Source of the DNA: Lepidodermella squamata
Lineage: Eukaryota; Animalia; Gastrotricha
DNA: 64,000 nucleotides
NCBI GenBank assembly: GCA_047495785.1
Contig: JBLDXI010000014.1
Span: forward strand, 372,001-436,000
Reading direction: 5' to 3'
Part shown: positions 11,701 to 23,847 of the stretch, one piece after another
Layout of the letters: each line of letters starts with the position of its first letter
Position numbering within the stretch: the first letter of the stretch is position 1
Notes under the pieces: model-generated
Told to the model about the DNA's origin: nothing
The model's database searches: none
What the model saw: only the letters and a program-made list of their open reading frames with translations
Translations under genes and position numbers: made by a program

Positions 11701-14700
11701 CCTCAAGTCCGGGTGGGCCAGGAGGCCCCATATCACCCTTGTCACCACGCGATCCAGGAATACCGACTTGGCCTTGAGGCCCAGTTTGGCCAGCCTCGCC
11801 TTTGGAGCCTGGCTTTCCGGATTCTCCTCGTAAACCCGGTTCACCCTTGTCGCCCTTCAGGCCCTTAGCGCCGGTTCCAGGAACACCAGGCTCGCCATCT
11901 CGTCCTGGAGATCCAGGGAAACCAGGCACACCTGGATCACCTTTCAGGCCTGACTTCCCGGAGTCACCCTTCGGGCCAGCAGGACCACGCTCGCCGGTCA
12001 TACCGCGCGGGCCAATGGGACCTGGGTCGCCGATGGGACCGATTGGGCCAGGCGGACCTTTCATACCAGGCACACCAGGATCACCTTGGAAGCAGAAACA
12101 ACTCGTAAAGTATGTCGAGGAAGAATTTAAAAATCCAACTCACCCTTCTTTCCGGGCATTCCAGCGGGGCCAGGTTCGCCGTTGTCACCCCTTTCACCAG
12201 GCTCACCACGCGGACCCGGAGGTCCTTTGACTAACTCGACAGAGGCTAAATCAGGGGAAATAAAATTTTAGTTCAGACGAATGAAGATTTTCGGGTAACT
12301 CACATTTAGCATCAGGGCCGGGCGGTCCACTGGGTCCACGGTCACCCTTTTCACCCAATGGTCCAGAGTCGCCTTGTGGTCCAGGCAAGCCGACGCCAAC
12401 ATCTGGAAATAAATAGCATGTTTTAATCCATAATTACATTTTTAATTAAAGTGACTCACCTCCTTTGTCTCCTTTAGGTCCGATAGGTCCAACTTCTCCA
12501 GGGTTACCTGGTTGCCCGGCGATACCACGAGCGCCCTAAAAGATCGAAAAAGGAGTTATTAAGAGCTACTATGCCTACTAATATTGAACTTACCGGTGGA
12601 CCAGGTGGCCCGACAGGACCTTTCTCGCCCTGGCGTCCAACAGGACCAACAGGACCGATTTCGCCTTGGAAACCTGGATCGCCCTTTTCGCCTCGTTCTC
12701 CGGGTAGACCAGATTCGCCCTTGATAATCATCGGCTCGGCGTCAGTTCCTAGTAAATCAAATTGGTAACGTAACGCACCATGAGTAATCATCAGCCATAC
12801 TCACCTCTATCTCCCTTGTCACCTTTCGTGCCGCGCTGCCCAGAAGTGCCCTGTGGCAGATAATAATGAATGGTTAATAATAGTTACTGGCTATCCGTTG
12901 AAAGCTTACGGGTGAGCCTGCCTGACCGGGCTGGCCAGGCTGACCGTCTTCACCGCGAGGACCAGGTGGGCCTTGAAGACCGCGATCACCAGGCCGCCCA
13001 GGTCTACCGCGCTTTCCGGGCATGCCGCCAAGACCTTTCTCACCCTTCGCTCCATTCTGACAGGTTCGACACGCTTGGCCATCTCGACCGCGATCACCTT
13101 TGTCACCTTTACCGCCAGGTTTGCCACTCGAGCCGTGAAGACCTTTCTCTCTATAATATAGAAATATGTTAATCGTGGATTTTCATTTCATAAATAAGTA
13201 CGTACCCTTTCATTCCAGGCTCTCCAGGCGCACCAGGACGACCTGCGAGTGGTAACATTTAAATTTGACCAGTAATAAACCGATTTGAAACCAACCTGTT
13301 ATGGTGGATCCAGGAGGCCCTGATGGACCGCGGTCACCCTTATCTCCCCGATCGCCACGAGCTCCAGGGAGACCTGGATTACCCTTTTCGCCGAGGTCGC
13401 CCTTTGTGCCAATGCCACGATCGCCCTTCGGACCGGGTTCGCCCTTCTCGCCTGAGACACCCTTTTCTCCAGTGGCGCCGTGTTTGCCGGCCAATCCGGG
13501 GATGCCTTTTTCGCCTTTAGGGCCGAGGTCCCCTCGTTCACCAGGGTTGCCTTCGGGTCCGGGGATACCAGGCATTCCAGGCGTGCCCCGATCACCTTTG
13601 TCGCCTCGAGGTCCTTCGGGGCCTCTTTCGCCCGGCAAGCCCGGATCTCCGGTATCACCCTTAGGTCCTTCGCGACCCGGTAAGCAAATGGAAGCTAAAA
13701 TACGAAAAATATAAGTAAAAAATTGTTTTCAACATCGTGAAAGATTTCTTGCCATTTCCAGGAGGGCCTGGAGGTCCTCGATCACCCTTATGCCCATCTC
13801 TTCCTTCTGGACCGCGATCACCCGGTCCACCAGGCAAGCCTCGATCACCAGGGCTGCCAGGACGTCCAGGAGATCCCTAGAATATTAAATGAAGTGAAAT
13901 AAGGCAACAGGTTAAATTATCAAATTACGTTTGGTCCCATCGGTCCAGGCTCTCCGGGCTGGCCAGGTCGTCCACGTTCACCAGGTAAACCGCCAATGCC
14001 TTTTTCGCCCTTCTCTCCTCGTTCGCCAGGGGTGCCCTGAAAGCATAACGATTAAATCCAGAAGAATAGGCTAAATTCCAAACTCTACCTTCATGCCCTG
14101 AATGCCAGGGAATCCCTGATCGCCCTTCAGACCTGCGTCGCCTTTATCACCTTTCTCACCCTTGCTGCCCTTAGGGCCAACCCATTCGGTTTTCGTTGAA
14201 TTCAGGTAGCTTCCGAAATCACCAGGTGGGCCAGGCAGACCTCGGTCACCCTTTTGACCTTTTTCGCCAAGCATCCTTAATTAGAAGCAATCGATGATGA
14301 TGATGATGATGAATAATCACGCCTTTTAAGAACTTACGAGACACCCGGGTAACCTTTGTCACCCTTGGGACCATCGCGGCCTTCACGGCCAGGTTTTCCA
14401 CGAGGCCCAATGTCTCCTCGATCGCCCTTATCGCCAAGTTCACCCTTGTCGCCCATTGGGCCACGTTCTCCCGGGAGGCCTCGTTCGCCTTTCTCTCCGG
14501 ACGGACCAGACACGACCGATCGCTCGCCTTGAGGTCCCTTAGGTCCGGGAGGACCGCGAGGTCCAGGTTGGCCTGGTTGGCCGGACGGTCCAGGTAAACC
14601 GTGTTCACCCTTTGTGCCATTGCAGCCGTCACGGCCGGGCGCTCCACGAGGTCCAGCAGTGCCTGGGTAGCCCTAAATTCGGATAAAAAATTTCGAGTTC

Positions 14701-15342
14701 TATTCGCATTTGAAGAATAGATCTCAACAAACCGGAATGCCAGGTACACCAGGAAAACCGGGCGCACCAGCGCGGCCTTGATCGCCCTTGAAACCTGGGC
14801 TGCCCGGAAGACCCAATTCGCCCTTGTCGCCTTTCGCACCTTCAGGGCCCTCCGGACCAGGAAAGCCTTGAGTACCTTTCTCGCCGACTGGGCCTATAGG
14901 TCCAGGTTCACCTTGGTCACCTCGTTCCGCAACACAGCGGCAACCTCGGTCGCACAACTTGGGATCACAGTCTATTAGCTACGGGTAAGAAATCAAAACT
15001 AGGTTAAAAGGACCCATTTCGCAAATGTCGAAACTTACGGCGGAGGTTGAGATAGAAAACGCAGAAAATAGTATTAACAACGATAAGGTGGCACTGTAGG
15101 TAGAATCACAAATAAGTTTTGACGGCAGTTCTATAGATCCAGGTTGAAGCTTACCGATAGAACTTGACTGAAGAAGGGTTAAAATATCGATAATAAATTT
15201 GAGGGGGCGAGGATAGATGATGGCTGGCTGCTGAGCAACAAGACTCGGGCGCTGATTGGCCTCGTTGCCGGCCGCGCCTTCTCGCTTCGCCACCGCCAGC
15301 CCGAGCTGGATCGAGCGGCATCAGTTCATCCAGCCGTAGCAT
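8724..15342 (-). CDS. Type IV collagen alpha chain (alpha2-like), multi-exon
   Basis: 7S Cys motifs ([22 protein letters not shown]), long interrupted Gly-X-Y, and a complete two-repeat NC1 ([26 protein letters not shown]; intron 9027-9084; ..PGSCL..FWLA..CKVC). 5' exons inferred at 15342-15155 and about 15094-15039, with the next exon from 14978. Start codon less certain. Confidence 0.95.
14293..14312. repeat. Short intronic (GAT)n microsatellite
   Basis: gatgatgatgatgatgatga inside a collagen intron. Confidence 0.7.
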
Positions 15343-15399
15343 CGCTTGCGGCTACGACGATCAGCTTTGCGCGTCGTTAATGAGCGTTGTTGCTTGCTT

Positions 15400-18300
15400 T
15401 TTTTCGTAAATAAACACCGCAAAAAGTATGGTTTTTTTTATAAAATCTGCGTCGATCTAGATTTTAACGGAATAAATACCAAAGTTACTATTAAAAAGTT
15501 CAAGACGTTAAAACATAGTATCTAGTATCTAGTAATACACGTGAATTTCTTCGAAATATTAACAGAGCTGAGAAGCTTGCTTTGTTGATTTAGTCCATTT
15601 GCGTCAAATCCGGTGGGACGTATCGCATGACAAGACACGCGCGCTAAAGCGACGGCCGCTGTCATCGTCAGGCCTGTTAATGGGCAGGAGGACGAGGGGA
15701 AGAAGGAGGAGGAGGACGGGCCGGCAAACATTCGCACCAGCTCTCGCGATACGGCCGCAAGTGGGCGCGCGCGCACACATACACACACACGTGCAAAGCG
15801 AGAGCGAGAGTGCGCGCAAAAATAAGCGCGCATGTTCTTTACGCGCGCGCGCGAGCGCTGCAAAAACGTAGAGCGTTTATTTACGCGGGCGGCTGCGATG
15901 CCTTGTTGTGATTATTGTTTAGGGCCGTGGATGGCTTGGAGACACCCGCGGTGGTTAAACGGCGGCATTGTCTCGACCGGGTGTGGTAGAACCGGGCGCT
16001 GGTAAACAGACGCGAGCTGCTGGCGGGTAATGGTGCCAAAACAATGCGCGTGCCCGGGTTGTTCCTTATTAGTAACGATGGCGCTGATGACGATAATAAT
16101 AATGTCGAGGTATAATGTGGCTCGAAAACAATCTTGTCAGTGGCGCGGCGCGCTTCGGCGGCAAGGCACACCGTGACATGCGGCGTTTGTTTGCGCGCGC
16201 TCGGGCCCTACACGCACGTCGCCGCACAGGTAGTGCCGCGCCGTCGCGCCGCGTTTCTCGCTAAAAACGGGCGATGGGGCGATGGGGCCGGGCAGCATCG
16301 GCGGGCGTTATTGTCATGTTTTGTTGTGGCCCGCTCGAAATCAAGTAGCCGCTACAATCGACTCGCGGCCGGACGAGATGACTGTTGGTAAATATATAAG
16401 AAACCCTATGGTTGTTGTAGTAATAATACAGCCGTAAATAACAGCGCTATTTTTGGGCATCGATGCAGCTCCGATTGCTTGAAGAGTGAGTGGACGCAAG
16501 CCGGCGTCCAAGTCCGGCGAACCAACCAAACATATGTGATTTTCGCTGAATGGCTGCAAATAATACCAACACCATTAATAATAATAATAGTAATATAATG
16601 CAAAATACTTAATTGTTGTTGTTACTAACAATACCGCCAAAGCTTTTGAAAAGGCTTCCGCGCCACTGCAATGATACCTAATCAAAATAATAATAATAAT
16701 AGTGCGGCTCTCTCAGAAGTGGCCAGCCCACTATAAAAAATATATCGAGCACTGGTGGCCGGTGGTTAGTTAGTTAACTTATTGCTTCCGCGTGCTTGTT
16801 GCCATTTATTTGTAAAAATAAGCATGCGCGTATCCTGGACAGCGGAGCCGCGCCTTTTTATTGCCGCCGCGCGTTGATGATGTAGCCAACGCAGCCGCTG
16901 ATCAGTCGAGCACGAAAAAATGCCTGTGTTTGGCTACTGCTACTACTATCATCGGCCTTCGCGATGCACGCTATTAATCGACGGTAGATTTTCAGCGCAT
17001 AAATAATAATTGTTACAACAACAGCCTATCGATGATATGCTGCGTGTTTTGACCTGCGATCACTCACAGGGCAGTTTATTGCCGGCCAGCTGCTGGCCTC
17101 GTTACAGGCCGCGCGGCCGGATCGGGAATTCCAAGCTAAATTGCTCGGTACTAATTTCTACAGATAAGTGAAAACGATACGAAAAAAATGAAAATAAGAC
17201 CAGTAAACCGCAAAGCCATCAAAGCCACGCATAAGGAACCTATTTTTATGGAAATTGGGCTATTAAGTATTATTAAGGGAAAGGGTTGGAAATTCGAGGG
17301 AAAATCGAAAGAATTGCTGCAGGAAGCTATCGGGCTCGTCGCATCGGCGACATGGGTAACAATTAGGTCAAATTTTGAAAGGTCAAATTCCGAATCTCGG
17401 TTCTCGAATGCTAGTAGCGGGGAAAGAAGAAACAAACGATTACGATGACCTGTTGACAATTATTACGATACTTAGGTATGGCTGATAACCACTTACCTTG
17501 AAATAATTTTCAAAACTTGGTATAGTGCTCCGCAGAAAGAGAGTTATCAGTGCTCATACACCAACGTTTTCCAGGCCCTTAATACAGGCTACTTGGGTGT
17601 TACGCGTGTCCAATTATCGCATGAACTTGATAAGGAAAGGAAATCTTATGCCCACTTTCGTTCAAGAGTCGAAACAGTTAAAACTTAAATGAGCAAGTGA
17701 TTGATAGAATTTAGTGATCGATTTCGGTTGTATATTTTCGTGATTTAGGAGCAACATATTTATGGCTACACTGTTGTCATTCTTTAGCGGGTTAAGAGAG
17801 CAAGCAACACATAGGTAGGTGAATACCTGGGGTTGGGAATTACGCGAGTGATATTCGGCCGATTATGGCATAATAACAGATGGTACGAATCGGGGTGCTA
17901 CGACGACGTTATTATTTTATCCCATGTAGGCCGCTCTCGACATTTGATTGCCGCATTACGACTATTATCACACATGCACCGACCCGGTTACAGCCGCAGC
18001 CCGTCGACGACGATGGCGCCGAATGTCAACAAACGCGCCCGCAGCGAGTGTGTGCGCTCGCGCAGGCTCCGCGGCGGCACCGCGCGGGCTTCGTTCGGTT
18101 TTATCTCGAATATTATTACCAACTGCGCAGTATTATATTGTATAGATGGCAGCAGTATCCATTCGCAGCGCGGCTCTATTACACATCACAGGGCCTAATA
18201 TGTACAATAAATTCCGACCTGCGGTCATTTTGCGCATAGCATCTCGAGACTTTTCTCTTCACCTACACCGGAGAGATATGGGCGGCGTCTTGAGGGGCGC

Positions 18301-18800
18301 TGTTACGCCGCCCTTTCCTGCGCTGCCCAAATATAATACAAACCGCAGTGCACGATGGGTCGGCGCTGTATTAGTTGTGTTATTTTAACGGTCTGCGGCA
18401 ATGCAGTTAATTATTGTCCTAGCTGCGCGCCCGTCACTGTCCTTCCGGCGGCAAACACCGGCGTGTCCCCGTCGCCACACCGAGACTGCGCGATGGGGAC
18501 GACGGGCACGCCACAGCTGAGAAAACCGGCGGTGGAAATCGCTGCGTGGCATTCCGCTCGGCCGGCGCAAAGTGCGACACATTGTTGACACGGCACTCGG
18601 CGCCCGTTTCCAGCTCTCCAGCCCTGATGTTTTATTATCGCTCACGCGGCACAGCTGGTGTAACAATCGCTATAAGCTGCTTATTACAGCAGTCAATCAG
18701 CACGACTGGGTGATACCCGGAGCAACTACCGGGTCTCGCTCCTCTCGAGCATCCTCTCAACCCCGAGACACACTCACTTGAACACATCATGATAAAACGG
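15400..18800. promoter_or_regulatory. Long CpG/GC-rich non-coding region upstream of collagen IV, with alternating purine-pyrimidine tracts
   Basis: No credible ORF, dense CG dinucleotides, (CG)n/(CA)n tracts at about 15765-15860. Regulatory role is inferred. Confidence 0.45.
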
Positions 18801-19135
18801 AATCATATCTACAAACTGGCATTTATTCGATTTATTTACTTTCGGTTTTCACGCAATTGTTAACAAAAATTTAGCCATCTCGACGACATGCGAAAACATC
18901 ATTATCAGCGCTGATAATAAAACGTATGTATAATAAGTACGTAGGTGAAATCTGTCAACCTATTCTGTGCAAGAGATTTGGAAAATTCGCGCTGTACGAT
19001 ACCGCGTTAAGTACATGCTGTTGTAAATATTTTGATTTGCCACGGCGATGAATATGAGCTTTTCGTTCGATTGCATTTTTTACAGCGACACGTTGTCATG
19101 GAGATCGCTCACGTTGAATTAACATAATTACTGAT

Positions 19136-19362
19136 CTAGCATTTATTTGGCGTGCAGAATACGAAGATGAATACTGGTCAAATAGAATGAAAACTTTAAA
19201 AGATTTACGAAATTTAAAAATAAGTTTACCTGTCGCGATAATAATCAGTAACATCAGGACAAGAGCGATGATGAGCCATACCTGAAAAAAGTTAGTTGAA
19301 GGAAATTTAAAATGTTATTCGCGGGAAAAAATTACCTCGAATCCTTGAGGTGGATAGGACAT
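19136..19362 (-). CDS. 38 aa single-pass micropeptide A (exons 19362-19336, 19281-19230, 19173-19136)
   Basis: Splices via 54 and 56 nt GT-AG introns to MSYPPQGFEVWLIIALVLMLLIIIATVFIFVFCTPNKC*; paralogue with the same exon structure at 22.3-22.6 kb. Confidence 0.8.
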
Positions 19363-20113
19363 TTTCCTCTGAAGTGACTAACAAAACCAGTAAAATCTAT
19401 AATTCAGTAAGTTTTATTTAAATGAGCTTTTAACAAGGCTTGGAGTTACAAGATCTAGAGAGGAATCTGCTTGGGGAATTAGGTGTCATTAGAGCCACCT
19501 TAATTTGGTGCACAAAAAATGTGTAAACTTGAATTTTTCAGTTTTACAGGTTAATCTTTTTAATAAATTTCGAGCTATTTTATGCTGGCAACACAGATGG
19601 ATTGTGATACGGTTTCACCAAGTCTACTGCTTCAATTGTTAAACGGTATTGTGTTTGCAGGACGACTTGAAGGACCAAACGGATGAGAGCCACAACAAAG
19701 ACAGCAAAACACAACACTTGTCCATGCCGAGGTTGCAACACAGACACAGTTTAGCAAAATAATTTGCAAATATAAAATTAGCCTGCAACAACTTCCGTTT
19801 ATTCCGGTGGTGGTGGTGGCGATGTCAAAGCGCGGCCAGGTCAGCGGCGTTCAAGTGCAGCGAAACGCAAGCGCGTCGCGCACATATTATAGCGCGGCAA
19901 TAAAACACTTGCGCGAAATGATAGCCGTTTTTATTGTTTAGTAATTATTACAACACACACATTTTCACCGGCCGTAATCCCTCAATTTTGCGATGATATT
20001 ATTCACGATTCATTTATACAAACAATAATAATTATTGGATCAGGTGTTAAATCTTTTATTTTTCAGAGATGTAAGAAAAACAACATGATGTGTTATATTT
20101 GTTGTACAATTTT

Positions 20114-21491
20114 TCAAAACCGCTGCGCAGCGTATTTCGTAACAGGATCTATGAATTCCTCTTCGCCCGCCGTGCAGGTATCGTGCGGTAATTGATCGTA
20201 AAAATGGTAAGATTCGTTGTCGTCGTCGTCTTTCGCCGGTGAATTTTGACATCGTAACTGGGAATTTTGGGGGCTATCCCTCGTGACCGTTACAGACCCG
20301 CCCGTTGCTACGGTGAAGGCGCGTGGTCGATGAGGCTTGCGGTGTCGATGTTTCCGAGAAGTAGAGTTCACCAGATGACAAGGACTTTCGTTAACATCGC
20401 CTATCCTCGCCGTCATACTTGTCGATCGGTCGATTTTCGGCGTTTGGCCAGCGTACGCCAAGATGGATGATTCATCGACTGATCGGCCTCGCCATATTGA
20501 TGTTACTTTTTCGCTGAAATATCGGTAAGACGGCCGAAAACCAATAACCGATATCCTGTTATCGCCATTTCCAGCTCGTTCAACATCATCTGGAATTATC
20601 GTTTCCGAGTTTGTTGGTAGAATCGATAGTTTGACAGTGTTTGAAATGCTCGAGAATGACCTGGCCCTTCGGGTCGGCGATGTCGCAGCTGGGGGGCCGC
20701 TACTCGCCATAGAAAACGACCCGGAAGGTCGACGCCTCAGGTAAATGAAAACAATAATAGCCGTGGCGATGGCGATGATAGCGGCGATGAACAAAACGAC
20801 ACCAACGATAATGAAAATAAGGCCTAAAGAGAAATGATGAAGCCTTCGGATAATATATAAGGCAAAATTACCAGTTTGAGAATCAATTGACGATGCGGTT
20901 GATGCTAAAGCAGCTTGTGCTACAGGTGTGGTCGAATTTCTCGCAAAGGTGCTGCCGACTGAAGTTAAATTCACCGGTCGGCTGATTAAGATTAAATTTT
21001 AAAATTTCGAAGTTAGCATTTTTTTAAATGCTTACTTCGTGGTTGCTGCTGATGACGGCCTTGAAATGAGAGTGATAGTAACAGTTGCATTCGGGTTGTT
21101 GTTAACCGTAGGTCGGTATGTGGAGGGCGGAGTTGCGAACAAGTCAAACGGCGTCGGAGGGTCGGCGAAGGGCAGCGGGTACAACGTGAAAGCCGCTGGG
21201 ATAGGCCGACGAGCCGGTGTGGCTTGAGGTACCGGGTAAACTGACATATTATTCGAATTGATGGTATAGGGCGACCGAACAGTGGTCGTCGTGCTGGTGA
21301 CATTTGTCGAGGAATCCGCCATTGGAGACCCAGAAAGCTGTTTCGAACTAGTTCTCGCTCTCAAGAAAACTGAATTAGAAAAAATAAGATAGTAAAGGTA
21401 TCCTTAAAAAAGATGTGATAGGCTTACGAGATAGGCCCGAGTGTATCGTCTCGAATAGCGGCGAACCTGGTGCTCGTTTATCAGATTTTCG
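20114..21491 (-). CDS. Single-pass membrane protein with Ser/Thr/Pro-rich ectodomain; 5' end unresolved
   Basis: ORFs 21032..21364 and 20114..20974 join in frame (TTN|RPVNLTS). Strong TM followed by RRR. One more in-frame upstream exon at about 21491-21428. Confidence 0.65.
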
Positions 21492-22343
21492 CTGAAATTA
21501 CAACATATATTTTTAGGGACTTGTTTGTTTTTACGCGAACCTATTTACTCAACATGAAAACGATTTATATACCGGTATTATTAATGTAAGCACCTGACCA
21601 TCCATCAGGTAGAGGTATAAGAAGCGACTTACAAACATGGGCCGTATTTTTTCAGTGTGGCAAAAGCGGTGAGTCGGACGCAGCAGCAGCTGGTACAAAC
21701 TTATTGCCTGGCGCTTGTCGTTATTCACGCAACGCACGCGCGTGAACGGCGGCGAGCTGATAGTCAGTAGGCGATCGAGCGGCGATGATACATAGATCGG
21801 CGTTATTCTACGATGCGGCTGCTGCCCATTCGTCGATTTTAGTAAAGCTACACCGGCCGGGTTATTAGCAAGCATATCGACATGGTGCATTAGTTACATG
21901 ATTTTTCAGCTAAATTTACCTGGTTATGTCAGCAGTAAACAACTCTTCAATTTATTAAGGTGGCTCTTGGATAGCAAGAGCAATCAAAGGCGCCGACGAT
22001 GCGGAGATGAGAAAGCGGGCGAGTTATTATTGCGATGTGCGAATATATTGATAAATTGCTGTTATTATTTACTGGCAGACGTGTGCGGCAATAAAATGTA
22101 AATGTGCGGGAAGCGCCGGAATTGGCGCGGCTATTTAGCATGCGGGTGGGGCGCCAGGTGACTCGTCGGAGGAAAATTTCGATACAATACGCGAGAGCGT
22201 CGCGGCTCATGCTGGAATTAATTAAGTTCTGTTTTATTATCCCCATTGAAATAGTAATAATTGAATACAAGAGAGAGCGCGAGATCTTTGGCAAATCTTC
22301 GCTTTGATTTTTTACACATTGTCCATGATTTGTATATGCGAGT

Positions 22344-22592
22344 TCAACCATGAAATAGATCGGCGCAAGAGCCAGGAGTGCAGTAAACCAACAAAAATAC
22401 TAGAATCATATTGGCGAAAAATTGTTATTACAGATATGCTGCTTTATCACTTACCTGTCAGGCCCAATAAGATGATCATAAAAATTACTGATACAATGAG
22501 CCATGCCTATCATAGAAAGTAAGGCGTGATTTCTTTAGGGCTGCGTCTAATCGGCTTACCTCATAATCTTTGTGCGGGAACTCAGAACCCAT
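22344..22592 (-). CDS. 46 aa single-pass micropeptide B (exons 22592-22560, 22506-22455, 22399-22344)
   Basis: Splices via 53 and 55 nt introns to MGSEFPHKDYEAWLIVSVIFMIILLGLTVFLLVYCTPGSCADLFHG*; same intron phases and same 52 nt middle exon as micropeptide A. Confidence 0.8.
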
Positions 22593-23847
22593 TTGGCAGT
22601 CGTTGTGCGTGAATTTAGTTTTAAATATTGACCCGATATTGAAATTTTACACGTCTCTCTCGCGTTAAGATGTCAAAAAGTTGGTTATGGCCTAACAAAA
22701 AACGCCGTCGCACATTAAAATGCGCGGTTTTAAACAACCGTTTTGTAGCAGCAAAATACGACTACGGCACTTGCGGACTAAACGTGCGGGAGCATAATTT
22801 TGTTGTGCGAAAACAATACGATCGCCAAAAAATTGCCGTGCCACATTGTTAAACGGAAGTTAAGAATCAAAATGTTGCGAAGAGTTTTACGGCGCAAAAT
22901 AAAACGAGAGCCTGTATTGCGGCTGGTATAGCTCTGCCTCGAGAAGTTGCGGATTTAAATTTATTTCACATTTAATATTATTAATTCTACACTGGATGTG
23001 GTGAAACTCCATAACACCGAAAACCAAGTACCGAAACAATGATGTTCTTGGACCTGTTAATGAGCACGAACCTGGATTTCGAATATAATATTCAAGATCC
23101 AATTATTATACCGGTAGAGCTGGGAGAAAGTGGCGCTAGACCAGCATTTCCCATATGTAACGCAAACAAAGAAAATACAGGGAAAAGGGATCAAAAACTC
23201 TAAAATGAGAGGCGAAGTCATATTATCTCGTGGCCAGAAAAATTCAAAATAAAAATTTATCAAAATGCAATGAGAATAGTAGTCAAGTATGTCATTTGTC
23301 AATGGGATTGAAAAAAATTTGGTCAAACCGGGTAAAATACCGAAAATTACCGAACCAGTTACCATCGGGGAATTTCTCCATTGTCATTCTTCATGGTTTT
23401 CTCCGGTAAATTTTTCAATTCTCCGGTAAATTCGCGGACAAAAGATGGTAGTTCTCCCGATAGGTTTAATTTCGAAGCATTACAAAATAGAAAAAGGATT
23501 GCCCAACTTATTATGGGGCACGCTGTATACCAATTGGCACGGCTTCTGAGGTAAAGGTGGTAACCTGCATGAGTCTTGGCATGAATTCAATGAGTATCTT
23601 GAAAATTTTGATGTAACGCCGATAATTTGCGAAACCGCGATATATAACTAAATGTTTTCATTTTACCAAAATCTCCTTTATTCCAAATTGAGTTGATACG
23701 CACTTCAACGTTTAGTTTATCGAAGATCGATGAACGATTAAAAATCGATGCTGAGGGTTATAAATCATTAATAATTCACAACTTGAAGGTTGCAAAGCCT
23801 TAAGTTGGATCGCAATACAGCGTACTTGCTATGCCACAAGAACTGCA

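Noticed and set aside
9484-14978. Many Pro/Ser-rich or Ala/Thr-rich + strand ORFs and alternative-frame ORFs over the collagen gene
   Set aside because: Shadow frames of Gly-X-Y codon periodicity
17472-17690. + strand ag|GTATGGCTGATA (VWLI) resembling micropeptide exon 2
   Set aside because: Not hydrophobic afterwards, no 52 nt exon or matching donor; likely coincidence
15522-18781. Numerous 60-120 aa Arg/Ala-rich ORFs
   Set aside because: Expected in GC-rich non-coding DNA; no domains and no consistent splice structure
23320-23470. Short repeated motifs (ttctccggtaaatt twice) and an imperfect inverted repeat suggesting a MITE
   Set aside because: No clear terminal inverted repeats or target-site duplication
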